Shown: positions 14,476-28,959 of the stretch, piece after piece
Layout of the letters: each line of letters opens with the position of its first letter
Numbering within the stretch: position 1 is the stretch's first letter
Source: Hormiphora californensis
Lineage: Eukaryota > Animalia > Ctenophora
Reading direction: 5' to 3'
Assembly: GCA_020137815.1 (NCBI GenBank)
Contig: CM035362.1
Span: 2,852,001 to 2,916,000, forward strand
Length of the DNA stretch: 64,000 bases
Position numbers and translations under genes: made by a program
The notes under the pieces: model-generated
Databases searched by the model: none
What the model was told of the DNA's origin: nothing
The model's input: the letters and a program-made list of their open reading frames with translations, nothing else

Positions 14476-15706
14476 CCACCTTCCCGTCTTTCCTCTAAAT
14501 GCAAATGCCCACGCCCCACAACTAAACCTTGAACTTGCTAATCGCCTTTTATTCGAGAGCAGGATAGGAGAGATAGGGGGAGAGAGAGAGAAATATACAT
14601 AAAAAGATTGAGGGCAGTGGTTTGTCCAAGACCTTTACACAATAGAATCAGAAGTATCTATGCTTTCTGTTTATATAATGTATGTCGAATGATCTCTCTC
14701 TCGCCATCGACCAAAATCAGGGTACCTTTAGCTTTTTTTAGGGCTGGACCCCCCCCCCCACTACTTATAGTATAATTTGTCTCTCCCTAATTGTATTGAT
14801 ATTTGATAGTTTTATTAAATCTGACATTGTACATATATTAATATTTTACATAGCATTTTAGACTGATATCTTAGCCTCTGTGGCCAACAACAAACTGTTA
14901 ACCGTGTGAGTGGCTCAACATGCTACCGCTTTTTCTTATCAAGCCATTTTGGTTGAAATCGGGGAAGACGTAAGTGATTACATGAACACATACACCCCCC
15001 CCATAATCCCCCATCATCCCCCCATCATCCACCGTCAAGAATCCTCAGCGCCATTAAGAAACACAGTAATTACAGAATCCTATAAATAGTCCCAATTCTC
15101 CAGCCCCCCCCTTCCCGCAATCCCACCACTAAAAGTGTAACACTATTATAGTGTTCCATTCCAAACAGCACCCAAACCCCGGATTAACATCACTCCCATT
15201 TCTCCAGTACCCCATCACGGCCCCAACCATTTAATTGATCGCTCACCTGTTTCACCCGATCAACTGGTTTTCCACAAGATCCAATATTAATTATCACCGG
15301 TCTCCTCATGTAACTCTTTGCCAGTTTCTCAATGGACGGGGGCATTGTCGCTGAGGATAAATTGAAGTGTAACGAAGGGATGGACCACAGCCCCAAAGCG
15401 AGGGCTAAGAGGAGGAAGGAGAGGAGGAGGAGGAGGGAGAGAAAGGCGTATAGGAGGGAAAAGAGGAGGAGAAGGATGGTACAGAGAGAGAAGTTTGCCC
15501 AGTGGAGAGAGATGAAGGAGAGGGAGAAGTTGGTGAAGGGAAGGGATGTTTTTGTGAGAAAGGAGTTAGAGAAATTGAGAAAAAGAGAGAATTCAGACTC
15601 GTTTGTACAGCGAATAAAGGAACGTTTTACTTTTGGATATTCGAATGTGAACAGTTGAAACAAGTGTTCGTGATTTATGAATCTGTGTCGGGGAAATTGA
15701 ACTGTG

Positions 15707-15749
<43 letters not shown>

Positions 15750-18700
15750 AAGCGAAAGTTAAAGTGAACTGTGTATTGAAAACCTGTAAACATGACAGTT
15801 TGTCGATATCTTTTCTTTGTATAGAAATTATCCAGCAACTTCTCACTATTCTCGGCATCATCTGAGGAATTCAAGTTGTTAGCAACAAAACATAAGAATA
15901 GAGTTTTCAATTTATTGCAGGAACCGACCAAATCAGGAAATACTGGTCCCTGATTGGCTGTTAACCAGTCACGTGACCTAAATAACGAGTTCTGATTGGT
16001 TGTTTACTTCGTCCGGTCGGTTCGTGATGGAGTACATCTCCTCATGATCCCAACCCCCAGTAGCGTCCACCCCTCCCCCTCCCTCACACTCACCAGTAGC
16101 CCCCGTCCTCACACTAACCGTTATCAGGTTTAATATTTGAAACAGGTAGATATGATAGGACCTCCCCCCTTTCCCCCGCCCTCACACTCACCGTTATCTG
16201 GTTTAATATTTGAAACAGGTAGATATGATAGGACCTTCTGGACGTCCGCTTCAAAACCCATATCAATCATCCGATCCGCCTCATCAAGTACGACGTAGGT
16301 ACACTGCTCTAGTACAAGGTACCTATTCTCTGAAAGAGAGAAGGGGTTAATAGTGTCCCGGGTCTGAGCTGATTTTCACCGATCGCTCAATAGATTAGGT
16401 AGATAGACGGTAGATAGAAGTATTATACTAAAAGTTTAAATAAACATTATACAAGGTATCTAAATATTTATTAGCACATTTACCTAACACATCGAGGAGA
16501 CGACCAGGGGTTGCAATAACAATCTCACAACCTCGCCTTAGATGGAATCCCTGTTCCTCTCTTGATAACTAATTATGGTAGTATGTTAACTTAATTCCTG
16601 GGTTCATGAATTAGCTAGTTGCATTAGTTAGTTAATTGCATTAACTATGTAGTATATTAATTTACTACAGTACTCACCCCACCAATAATAGCAACGGTAC
16701 GAATCCCTAACTTATCCGCAAAGACCTTCGTGTCCGCCTCAATCTGCTGAGCCAACTCTCGGGTTGGAGCCATTATCATGGCGTAGGGCCCCATATCGAT
16801 ATCACTTTCCCTCTCAAGCTAAGAAGAGGGATATCAATATATCAGGAAGGGAGCATTATATGGGGAGGGGTGCCAGTATATTAGTTACTCTCTCAAGGTC
16901 CAGGAAAATAATTATACCTTAAAGTTCAAAGGGAGAAATAATAGTGATTTATTCACCGTACCCAGGAAATACTAGTCCCTGATTGGCTGATAACCAGTCA
17001 CATGACCTAAATAACGAGCTCTTATTGGTTGTTTACTTGTGTCGGTCGGTTCCTGACCGTACCTTTGGTAGCCGTTGGATCCATGCCAGGAGAGGGATGA
17101 GGAAGGCAACGGTTTTACCAGAACCCGTCTCGGCAATTCCAATAACATCCCTGTTTTGCAAACCAATGGGCAGACCCATTCGTTGGATGGGCGTCGGGTG
17201 CTGAAATTGGGTGAGATTGAGTTATTCAAAACCAGATGATATTAAGGGTACGCTAACCAAAAATTTTTTTTGAGTGCAGGGAAATCTCTCACCATAGGGT
17301 TGTAGGCCATACCAAGGAGACCTCAAATATGCAATTTTAGCCCTTAAGTCGAATTCATATTTTTGCTACAGCTGTTTAAAAAATGTCCTGTAAATACGTT
17401 TTTGGCATCTCAAAAATTTTTTTCTAAAGATAGGAGCATGAAAATTTGGGGGTTTGAAGAGGACATGAAGGTTAATAACCACAAAAAATTTTTTCGCAAT
17501 CCGAGCTGATTTCCGGTCCTGAGATGGATTTATTTTTTTCCACTTTAACGCCCTATTTGGCAAAGTTCCGAAAACATGTGAAAGCTGTAAATTGGTGAAA
17601 AGTTGCGTCTAATGATTATCTAAGTGGCCATAAATTTTGGGCGTGTCCTTATTTGAGATAAGCTGTACAGAGTTTTTTTTGTGAAAGCCGTCATTTCAGA
17701 AATAAATTAATTCCCTGTATCTCAAAAACGACTGGTCGTAGAGACCTGAGACTATGCTTAAACGATTCAGAAGGTCCGATTTTGGGGGGTCTTCTGAGAG
17801 ACATTTTGCTCCTACTTCAACCGTTTTTGCTGTAATTGCGAAAAACAAAAACCCATCTTCGCCATCGTGGATTTTTTGTGATTTTGTTTTTGGTGATTAT
17901 AGGGACCCATATGGACCAAATAGTGAAGGAATTAGCTTGTTACACACTTTTCCATAGTTTCGGTCCTTTCTTAACTAAAATTCCCTAATTACAGGATATT
18001 GGAGTTTAGCTTTTGCCCTTTTCATAGAATTTGTTTTTCGCAATTACAGCAAAAACGGTTGAAGTAGGAGCAAAATGTCTCTCAGAAGACCCCCCCAAAA
18101 TCGGACCTTCTGAATCGTTGAAGCATAGTCTCAGGTCTCTACGATCAGTCGTTTTTGAGATACAGGGAATTAATTTATTTCTGAAATGACGGCTTTCACA
18201 AAAAAAACTCTGTACAGCTTATCTCAAATAAGGACACGCCCAAAATTTATGGCCACTTAGATAATCGTTAGACGCAACTTTTCACCAATTTACAGCTTTC
18301 ACATGTTTTCGGAACTTTGCCAAATAGGGCGTTAAAGTGGAAAAAAAGAAATCCATCTCAGGACCGGAAATCACCTCGGATTTCAAAAAAATTTTTTGTG
18401 GCTACTCACCTCTTTGTCCTCTTCAAATCCACAAATTTTTATGATCCTATCTTTACAAATGTATTTTTAAGATGCCAAAAACTTATTTTCAGTTCATTTT
18501 TCAAGCAGCTGTAGCAAAAATATGAATTCGACTTGAGAGCTCAAATTGCATATTTGAGGTCTCCTTGGCATGGCCTACAACCCTACGGTGAGAGATTTCC
18601 CTGCACTCGAAAAAAAAAAATTTGGTTAGCGTACCCTTAAGAGAAGAAAGAGAGCTAAAGTCGGATTTTTTGAAGTTGTCACCCCAAAATGACCGCGCAT

Positions 18701-20208
18701 GTGAAATTTATCAATTTTGACGCGCACACCACACGTTAACATGTGATGTGACACGCAAAAACATTCCGCGCACGAAGAGGGGGGTGACAACTTCAAAAAA
18801 TCCGACTTTAGGAGAGAGCAGGGTAAGATTGTTAATTTAACAGGGAGATAGCAGGGCAAGATCGTTACTTTAACTAAGGGAGAGAGATGCAGGGTGAGAT
18901 CGTTACTTTAACTAAGAGAGAGATGGTCTACCTCATAATTGCACTCCTTGATCACATCCATAATGTCCTGAGTAATATCAGCCTCGTGCCAGTACCGCAG
19001 CGGTTTGGGAATATTGTTACCCTTCGTTGTTATGTTGAAGTCCTGGTGATTAGTACTAATTAATTAATCATAAATAGGAAAAACATTTCTATTGGACGAC
19101 TGAAACTTTCAATAAAATAGGAACCCTAAACGGTACGAATATCGTGGGTTGATATCTAGCGAGTCTCAACCACGATTTACCTCCCTAAAGATTCGCCAAT
19201 CCCTCTCAGTCATTTTGTCAAGTGGTTTGTCACCCCAGTGTCGCTCGTCATACTTTGTATCCTTTTCCTTCTGTTCATCAGCCATCAGTCTCTCCCTGGG
19301 GGGATTTGGAGGAATTAAAGGAAGATTTGAGGGTTAGAGGGCAAAAAGTGAGAGGTCCGGGGTTAAAGGGGGTTTAGTGGGATTTAGGAGAACCGAGAAA
19401 TTATAGGGAGATTAAAGGGTTAGAGCCTCTAACCCTCTAACTTAGAGGGCACTTATTGAGAGAGGTTCAACGGGGTTTAGGAGCTTTACAGGGCGAGTTT
19501 TGAGGGATATTAGGGACGGGGTAATTGGAGGATTAAACTGACTTGTGTTTGGCGGTTTGTTCCTCATCTCTCCTCTCATCCATCAACTCAGAGTAAAACA
19601 TTTGGGTGTCCTTCTTTTGGCTCTGAAGAAGGGTTCTCGGTGAGAGGTGACCTAATAAATTTCTTTTTACAACTGTGCTTGTCTCGCGTGGAGAACGGTG
19701 AGATCATCCACCAGACAAACCTTTGCAAGCCACATTTCTGACAAAAAGACGTCCGTGAACGCGCGTTATTAAAATGCTAACACTCTAAAAACGTATCGCC
19801 GCGCGCAACGTTTGCTGATCGTGAGAAGCGCGCCAAGCCGATTGCCAATCTCTGAAAACCGGGCAGCTGGCCAGGCAGATCAATGCAGGGGCGGCTCGCG
19901 GCCTTCGGCCGCGGGCCGGGGCGGTAGCCCTGGTCAGGGGGTTTGGGGGGTCCAGGGGCTGCAAGCCCCGGTGGGGGTATAGGGGCGGAGCCCCCGCGAG
20001 CGGGGTCCAGGGGCTGCAATCAATGATTCTTAACTAATAACTTTTCAATAAATTTTCTTGACGAAACCAACCTTTAGATCAATTCCAGCACGATGACCCC
20101 TCCCAAACATCTGGATTTGATGTTTCTCCTTGTATATCGGGTTATAATCAACACTTGTATCATCAGTCGCATCCCAGTCAAATACAAACTTTCTATCATT
20201 CAATCTCC
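13226..20208 (-). CDS. DDX23: DEAD-box helicase DDX23/PRP28, central and C-terminal exons
   Basis: [93 protein letters not shown], and C-terminal HPDAQHKPG. The exon at ~20208 is cut at its 5' end by the inverted block. Confidence 0.92.
13635..13797. repeat. (GA)n microsatellite in a DDX23 intron; similar tracts at 14400-14472, 62184-62250 and 63270-63388
   Basis: Directly visible; reads (CT)n on the transcript strand, often next to the acceptor. Confidence 0.95.
17246..18636. mobile_element. Kolobok-like foldback element (TTAA TSD, GG..CC termini, ~600-bp arms) in a DDX23 intron
   Basis: TTAA|gggtacgctaaccaaa...tttggttagcgtaccc|TTAA; 17246-17845 is the reverse complement of 18035-18636. 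Confidence 0.87.
18655..18810. mobile_element. Small MITE (TIR ctaaagtcggattttttgaagttgtcacccc)
   Basis: ~31-bp TIRs; gagag direct repeat on both flanks. Confidence 0.7.
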
Positions 20209-22308
20209 AACAGTGAGCTGGACTTTATGTTTTTACATTCTGAGAGGGTAGATGACCTTTGGGACAGAGAGAGAGAGAGAGAGAGAGATGGGTCTAACTA
20301 CAAGCTTTAAAACGCAGTACGTTAGAGCGTTGAGACCGGGTTGGCAAGTTAAGCAATGCGTACGTTTTTAGATAGGAAGATAAAAATGAGAAGGCAGAGA
20401 AAGAGAAGAAGATGATTAGAAGACAGAGAGGACGAAGAGAGAGAGAGCTTTTAAAACGCAGTACGCAGATTGAGACCGAAGACGAAGAGTCTATAAACAG
20501 ACCTGGACCAAAGGATGGAGATAAACCACCCGATATAGAAAGTACCCCCGAATAACGAGTGATACGAGTAGAGAGTAACGGTATTTGACACACCGAATAC
20601 AATGGTGAACCCGCTTACACCGGGCAAAACCTTTTCCCCCCAAGAGCATTCCTTTTCCCACAGATCCCCAACAAAAGAATTAGTGTGTAAAATAACTCGA
20701 GGGGGTCCAATTCTGTTATGTAATGAGGTAGTGATTTAGTTAAGTAATTAGGAATTTATCCCCCACAAGAAAAACCGTGGTAGAGTGAGATGCTTTCCCA
20801 AGGTAGACAAAGTGCGGTAAAAAGGGAGAGAAGTAGCTAGGGATCATCTCTATCTAGATCTAGAGAAGAGACGAACATCTATGGCGATATGCGTAAGACT
20901 GGATAGTCGCGACATGATGGTGGAGGAGCGAGCTGAGAGAGAGGAGGAGCGAGGGTAGAAGAGGAGAGACGAGAGAGGAGAGATAGTCTCTCGATATCTC
21001 CTCTCTGATCAATCTCCCTTCTGCTATCGCTTGTCTCTCTAGGCTTTCTCTACTATCTCTCTCTAATCTAATCTCTCTCCCTACCAATTCTCTATATATT
21101 CTCTCTGCTTACTCTATCTCTCTCTCTCTCTCTCTCAGCTCTCTTCAGGATACAAACCGTAACAACACCAATCATGGGACTTTGGGAGGAGGGACTGGGA
21201 GTGAACGATGTCGTTCTGCTGTCACGGAGCTCGAACATGGAGAAGCAGAGGGAAGAACCTTTGAACACACATGACAACCAAACATTCCTTCTACATTCCT
21301 GACCCTGAATACTTGAGCGTATCGAGATTCGGGGATTCATCACTTACTTAGGTGCGTATTATTGTTTGTTGGTTCTTAGGTTTTGGGTGAAGAAAGAATG
21401 ATATATGTTTTGTTGGTTGTGTTGGGGGGGCACTGATCATGATTCATAGGCAGTCGTAGGTAGTTATTAGGGTTAAGTGGATAAGTATCCTTAGTTGGCA
21501 CGAAGGAGTAGGATTGGGGAGTGGGGGCAGGCGGATGTGGGTTGAGAGTTTAGTTGGGGTAGTATGTTGGGTGTATAGTAAGGTGAGGTAGTGAGTGGGT
21601 AAGTGATAATTGTAGGTTGGTTGGATTAGTGGGATATATCCAGGATATCTGAGGTAGTGATGGTTGATGGGGGTTAGTTGGATATATCTGAGTGGTGGTA
21701 AAAGGTCTCCCCTAAACACGCCAGACAAATTTAGTCACTATCATTTATATTACCCAACCCCACTCTTCGAGTTAGACTCTTACAGCGTTTGGGGGACGGC
21801 GGGGATGGTGGGGGGTCCGGGGGTTATTTCATAAGTTTCATTTTTTAAGTTTATATGCATTCGAATTTAGATTGTTAGGGATATTCATGAGAATTCTTTA
21901 CCGGGCCCAGCAACCGTTGATCAATGACATCCACCGTAGACCTCTGCAATAACCAGGAGTTGTTGTGTGCCATGGGACCTGGCCAATGCCATCCTTTAGC
22001 TTGTACTCTCGTTTGCGGGGGGGTAAGTGGGTAAGATTACTGGGGGCGGGGTATGGTATGGGTTGGAACGGGGGGCGGGTAATTATAGTAATAAGACATA
22101 CTCTATCAATCCATTATTAGTTGAAGTCGCTTTCAGGCTTATTCATTGAAATATCTTAAAAAATATGTCATGTCAAATTAAGTCAAGTTAAAAACTTAAT
22201 TCAAATCAATTTCAAGCCAAGTCAAAGACCACACTAAAAGGTCAAATCGTATACAATGACATACCAGTTGTATAGGTGCTCTTGTCATCACAATTAACAG
22301 TAACGCTT

Positions 22309-22408
22309 NNNNNNNNNNNNNNNNNNNNNNNNNNNNNNNNNNNNNNNNNNNNNNNNNNNNNNNNNNNNNNNNNNNNNNNNNNNNNNNNNNNNNNNNNNNN
22401 NNNNNNNN
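22309..22408. other. Assembly gap (100 N)
   Basis: Run of n. Confidence 0.99.
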
Positions 22409-24129
22409 CCCGTCCTGCTGACTCTATTTTTCCCACAGAGAATATCGTTATTTTCGAAGTTTTTTTTTTGAAGGTACATCGCCTTTACTAAGCTCTGACC
22501 TAAAAAAAAATGTTGTTTTTGCCATTAAAGGAAATAGATAAAGTGTAAATTGTTGTGACACTATCAAAACAAAAATTGTGGGGAGAGAAAAGTACTGTAA
22601 CTAAAAAGGAGCAGGTCTCTCGCCCCCTTAAAATTTGGGGTCCCGGGGAACCAAAAACCGCCGGAATCGGGAAAAAAATACTGGAATACTGGTCCCCTGT
22701 TTGGGCTGGAACCAGTCACTGACCTAAAAAGGTTTTTTTGGGTTTTTTACTCGGTCGGTTCCTCGGCTACTGCACAACCAGTTTTCATTTCTGCACTGCC
22801 GCCCACCCCGGGATGAATTTTAAAAGGAACGGGGTGCCCCGTGTCCCGGGCGATCCAATCATTTAGAGTATCTTTTCGGGGGGTATGTAAAAGTTATAAT
22901 AGGTATTGAATAGAAATAATTGGAAAAAAAATCCGGAAAAAAAAATAAAATTTAATACGTGGGCCCCCGTTTATTTAACGTACAAAACCCTTTCCCCCCG
23001 AATGCTTAAATGGGGGTCCGACGGGTTTTTAATTGTTTTTTAAACGAAAACCTTTTGCAAATCACTTCACGTTGACCACGTAAAAATTGTAACGATTTGG
23101 GGGGATTTGAGGTGTCAGTGTCAGGTTGTTCTTCACCTTGCTTGATGAAGTACGTCACCAAGTTCCCAAAAACGCCTTCCCCGGCTCGCCACCGGGGCAA
23201 GGACGCCCGGGAAAATGGATTACAGTGGGGGCCCCGTGCGAGAAAGGAGAATTAGGAGGGTAAAAAAACCCGGGAGGGATATCATCGCCATACACTTGTA
23301 TTAGAAAGAGGATGTTATTATCCTCGCTAAAAAAAAAAAAAGGGGAACGAAGATAGTACCAAAAGAGTCCAAAAGTATTCTAAGAGGTAGAGACGTTCTA
23401 GAGGGTATTTTTGTTCAGGGTTATTTTTTAAAAAAGAAGTTTGCTTTTTATGCAATTGGGGTTCATGAAAATTTTCAAAAAAATTCAACCACCCCCCCCC
23501 CCCACGATAACAAAAAAGGGCTTTCTTTTGGGGGGTGATTGTTTTTTCTTATGAATCTCTTTTAATCTCCCGGGGCATAGGGGCATTTTTAAACTATAGC
23601 TAGGGGGGGGGTTTTGAAATACGGGGGAAAAAGGGGGGGAGAAGGGACATCAACGACGTTGCGTGTGTCGTTGCATTCTTATAAATCTCTTTTAAACCCC
23701 TCTCAAGAGTTTGGTTTAGTGGGGGTTGGTCACCCCCCGGCGGTGGGTATGTGGGGTTTAAAAGGGGAGGTTCCGCTGAAAGGGGGGCTTATTTTGAGAT
23801 TCAAAAACCCAAAGATCACACCACAGGGAAAGAAAAGAAGGGGAAAAAAATAGACAAAAGCAAAGAATTAGACCAAAGGGGGAAAATGGCCCAAAAGGGG
23901 GGGGCAGGTGTCCAATAAGGAAAAAAACTGTAACTTTCTAAGGTGTTAAAAGGGGGTGCAGATAATGGTTTTTGAAAGTGGCGAAAGTGGAAGGGAGTCC
24001 AAATTTTTGGGGCCGTGCAAAAACTGGTTTACAAGGGTTTTTAAAACCTGAAGGGATGTATTTACAATTAATTAGTTAACCAATTTAATTGTTAAATATT
24101 TCAAAATTAATTGGATTATTTTATAATTA

Positions 24130-27100
24130 AAATTAAGCCAAAAACTAATTGAAATTAGTTGGCGGGAAGGGGGTTGACCCATTACACTTTTGCTACTGCG
24201 GGATACCCCGAACTCTCATTCTATCCCTCGGTTTATCTCAACCCTTTATTTTGGGGGTAATTATTCCTGTTGTTAGGCTCGACCTGGAGGGGGAGCAGAG
24301 CGGAGAGGGGGGGGGGCCCCGGAACCGGCCCCGGGTGTTTGGCCCCGGGCCGGGCCGTCGGGGGCCTCTCCTCTTTTCTGGCCCTTCCTTAATCCTTTCC
24401 TCTCTTTCCCCTTTCTCCCCCTCGCTTCTCCTCTGCCCCCCAACACACTCGCTTTCACACTATCCCTTATATTCACCTCTTTTTCCCCCGATCCCGGCAG
24501 CAGGCAAAGGTGTAAGTGGGTCACCTTTCCCGCCAACTAATTTCAATTAGTTTTTGGCTTAATTTAGGTCCATTTTTGGTTTCTAATCGCAGCATGACAT
24601 TATTTCATAATGTAATATTGTCGAAATGATGCGCTATATGAGAAACGAGACGGATTTCTGTGAAAATCGTATTTTAGACGTCATAATGACGTCATTTGAC
24701 GTAATTAGTGACGTCGTAACGACGTAATTGCATCACGATATATTTTGAATCAATACCCCAAAGGAGCTTGTAAAGTTTCATTGGCCACAGTGGTCAGGAA
24801 AGGGAGTTTTTGCTCGAAAAACGTTCAATTTGCTGAATTTTTCGTCAAATTTTTGACTTCCGACGCGATTTAAGGGCTCAAAATGATAAGCTACGAAAAT
24901 TCGCAATATAGTATCTGAAAGTTCAGACGATTTGCCGGTAACGATTTTTCGTCAAATCAGAAATCGGAACACGTCTTCAGGGTGCTAGAGGCGTTTGAAA
25001 AAAGGTAATGGGTCTCGCGCAATGACGTCACTCGTGACGTCATTGCGCGCGTCATAGGTAAGATGGAGAGTCACCACCCAGATGGGTACATGCACGAGAC
25101 AATTATCTGTCGAATGCCGCTTGGTTTAAGGTCGTACGATGCCTGGTTCGTCTCAAACTGGGACCAAACGGAAGGTAACAAAGCGTCTATACATCTATAT
25201 ATATATATATGTATCAACCTAGTTATCCCCACACTGAATTTTCTGTTTTGGGGGTGGTGTTATAACTTTTGAACAAAAAGAGCTAGCCACTTGAAATTTT
25301 TACCATCGATAGAGGTCTACAAGAAGCTTCTAAGTACAAAATTTCAGCTTCCTAGCTCTTCCGGTTCGGGAGTTATGGCATGTCAAAAAGTGCCAAAATG
25401 GGCTAAAAGTATGAAATAACTATATATACGCTGTGAGCAAGCGGGCCGTTTTTGGGGGAAATTTTTTTCGGGGGATGGATGGGGTCACCTTTGCGCTTGC
25501 CAGCGCAGTGATTACATCAATTAACTAAAAATTAACGTTATTTCGATATATAAGCATACATCCCGCATATTTAGGTGCCGGCAGGCACCTCCGACCCGAA
25601 GAAAACAGAAAAAACGAAAAAAAAAAATTTTGCCCCTGCACCAAATCCAAAAAGCCGGCCCTATATATACAAACGTAGGTCTTTTTTTCGGGGGGGGGGG
25701 GGGGGGCAAATTTCAGGCAGCGATTGTGGCCACATTTTTTGAGATATCGACCTGAAATTTTGTAGGCGTGTTCTAGTAGTATAACTACGTGTCATAACGT
25801 GGCCGGATTTTTGATTTTTTGCCTAATTAATTAATTATAGGTAATTAAAAAGTAGCCCCTGCACCGTGCCCCTGAGCATGGGGTGTTCGGTCCCCTGGGC
25901 ATTGCCCCTGAGCCGAAATTATCTCCCGATCTGCTTGAAATATCGACTTGAAACTTTGTAGGAATGCTCTTCAAGCATAAAAAATGATCTACAAAAAGTT
26001 AGAATAGTCAAAATTAAGTAATCAATGAGTTATAGGCATGCAAAAATGGACATTTCTGGTGCCCCTGAATTTTGCCCCCGAGCATTTGAAAAAACTGCCC
26101 CTGGGCAATTTTAAAATTCAAATTGTGGCCACACTGTTTGACATATCGATCTAAAACTTTGTAGGCATGTTCTAGTGGTATAACTAAGAGTCACCACGGA
26201 GCCTGATTTTTGATTTTTTACTTAATTAATTAATTATAAGCAATTAAAATTTTAAAATTGCCCCCGCACTAACAAAAGTGGCCCAGGGGCACCTGAGTCG
26301 CAATTATCTCCCGATCTGCTTGAAATATCGACTTGAAACTTTGTAGGAATGCTCTTCAAGCATATAGAAAGGTCTACAAAAGGTGGGAATATTCAAAATT
26401 AAGTAATCAATGAGTTATAAGCAATTAAAAAATGGACATTTTTATGGTGCCCCTGAGCATTGCCCCTGAGCATTTGAAAATATTTTCCGTTCTGCTATAA
26501 ATATCGACTTGAAACTTTGTAGGAATGCTCTTCAAGCATATAGAAAGGTCTACAAAAAGTGGGAATATTCAAAATTAACTATCCAATTAATTATAAGCAA
26601 TTAAAAAAATGTGCAGTGGCAGTGCAGGGGCAAAAAAATAAAGCATATATATGGCGGGAAAATATTTTGGCGGGAAACCGAAAAAGCCCAATAAGCCAAG
26701 AACGGGGTGGGGCCAAGGTCTGGCCCACTAGCTTTTGATCACCTCATCGAGCCCGATCGAACGCGACCAATGTCGACCTCCCACGACGACCTAAACCCCT
26801 AATCCCACGTGGTGCCAGCCAACCGCCAGCCAAACGGAAAAATCTAGTGATCCTCTATCAGCTGGTATCAAAATCTAAGCTCTAAGTGACCAGGAACTGG
26901 CATTATTAGTGCTAATTGGCGATAACGTCATAAATCACATAATTACGACTAATTAGTGAACCGGGGGTGGTAGAGACCTGTGGGATGGTACTTTGGACTT
27001 TTTATAGAGTCCCTAATCATATCAGAAAGTCAAATTTAAAATTCCAGACCCAACTTCCCACAACCGACCCTACTATAATAAACAGGCCGCCTCGCATCAA

Positions 27101-27200
27101 AAAATATTTTAACAGCCTGAAGGTTGCTGTTTCGACGAATCTCCCAACTTCGGGTCGGACGAGGGGAAGCTTGCCTTTTGCGATCATATATATAACGTTA
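24130..27200. mobile_element. Composite ~3-kb repeat insertion (nested non-autonomous elements with ~390-bp internal direct repeats), present only in the inverted copy
   Basis: Absent from the matching intron at 35340-35430. Inverted repeat 24130-24170/24525-24564; internal repeats at 25720-26100, 26125-26480 and 26500-26600. No transposase ORF. Confidence 0.65.
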
Positions 27201-27375
27201 TATCGATAAATAAGCATGTATGTGGATAATTAATTATCCACTAATTATTGTAGGTGAAAACTATTTGGAGTATTCAGACTACTATGATTTCTCCTCGTCC
27301 TATCCTGACTACGAAATGGTAGAAAAAGATGACGTTAACCCGGAATCAAAATCGGGATCTCTACAGGTAATATAT

Positions 27376-28040
27376 GAGGCATAAACTCTGGCCACTGGCA
27401 CGTTATTTCAGATACCTTTCTCCCAGCGTGCCGCTGGGAGAAGGTAGCTGTAGTTTATCCGCCAGTGGCGGATAAACTGGTTTAAATCACGACGACGATC
27501 CTGAGGTGTAGCCGAGGGAGAGGCGGAGGGGTTTAAACCAATAACGTGCCATTGGTCAGAGTTTATGGGTTCTATACCCTGCTTTAGTTGTTTGTTTCAA
27601 GTATTACACACTAACAAGAGAGAGAACACTAATCAAAACACACAAAGAGAACTGAGAAACAGTCAAAAACATCTCTCAATTGAGTGTATATTGTTTGGTA
27701 ACAGTTACTAAGGAGAGAGAGAAAGAAATAACAAGATATGGGGCATGCCAGACATAACACAGAGGAATTGAGATAGTGAAACAAAAGGGGAGATAAAGAG
27801 AGAGAAATTGACGGAATGTGTTGTTTCTTTCTCTCCAATGCAGTGTGTAACTCTTGCAAACAGTGTTCCCTCTGTATTTCAGTAAGAACTGATCATTTAC
27901 ACACACTTTGAATGTAACATAGGAGTTAATAATAAACAGCCAGCCAGTGGGAAATAATCTGCCGCTGGACTGGCTGTATATTGAGAGCGCGCCAGTGGGA
28001 CTTCTCGCCGCTGGCGGGTTATTTAAGTTAGCAGGGTATA
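27376..28040. mobile_element. Two adjacent MITEs (TIR ataaactctggccactggcacgttatt, ~27381-27567; TIR tataccctgct, ~27573-28040), present only in the inverted copy
   Basis: Absent from the matching intron near 35195-35205; terminal inverted repeats are visible. Confidence 0.65.
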
Positions 28041-28109
28041 TAAGTTTGTAAATTGTAACGAATATATTGTCATTGTTTTTCGAGTTAAACGTTATTCGGA
28101 AAGCTAATA

Positions 28110-28959
28110 CAGTCGGACCCCGATTTAACGGCCCCCGATTTAGCGGCACCCCGATTTAACGGCAGGATAAATTTCCCCCAAAAAATTTTTGAAATTTTTT
28201 TTGAAAAATTTTCAAAGGTGTATCAACCACGTCCGAATCGTTTTTCGAATCGGTGCATCTTATTGCATGTCTTACCGGTAATTAGACGGTTCGAAACGAA
28301 CAGATATGTGACCCCCATGAGGCCCATCGAATCACAATTTTGACGTTTGTTAAACTGGCCCCATGGGGATCACGTGTCGGTTTGTTTTGAACCGTCTAAT
28401 TAGCGACAGGACGTGCGATAAGATGCACTGATTCGAAACACGATTCGGACGTGGTTGATATACCTTTGAAAAATTTTCATAAATATTTTTGCAAAATTTT
28501 ACAGATTGATTGTCAATGCTTTGATCAATGCTCCCCATGAATTTGCAGAGAAAAATATATTTTTAAATTCGAATTCTTCCTCACCCCGCTTAAAGTGCCC
28601 CGATTCGGCATGGTATCACATATCGGTTCGTTTCGAACCGTCTAATTAGCAGCAAGACATGCGATAAGATGCACTGATTCAATAAACGATTCGGACGTGG
28701 TTGATGTTATAGTACCTTAGAAGGTTTTTATAACTTTTTTTGAATTTAAAAAAAAAGTTATTTTCTTTTTCTAATCAGAAATGATCATGTAATCAATACA
28801 TGGACATGGCATTTAACACTTAGATGTGTTTTAGTATAACATTTTGGACAAAAATAGAGTTTTATGGGCCAAATATGCTCTACCCCGATTTAACGGACAC
28901 CCCGATTTAACGGACAAAACCCTTTCCCCCGAGGGTGCCGTTAAATCGGGGTCCGACTG
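28110..28959. mobile_element. 850-bp Tc1/mariner-pogo-like non-autonomous element (TIR cagtcggaccccgattta), TA TSD
   Basis: gctaaTA|cagtcgg...ccgactg|TAccacaag; the empty site gctaaTAccacaag is present in the other copy (reverse complement, ~35140-35153). Short derivatives at ~3937-4019, 7768-7936, 36552-36640, 50511-50582, 58836-58899 and 61337-61493. Its internal sequence resembles 1-390. Confidence 0.9.
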
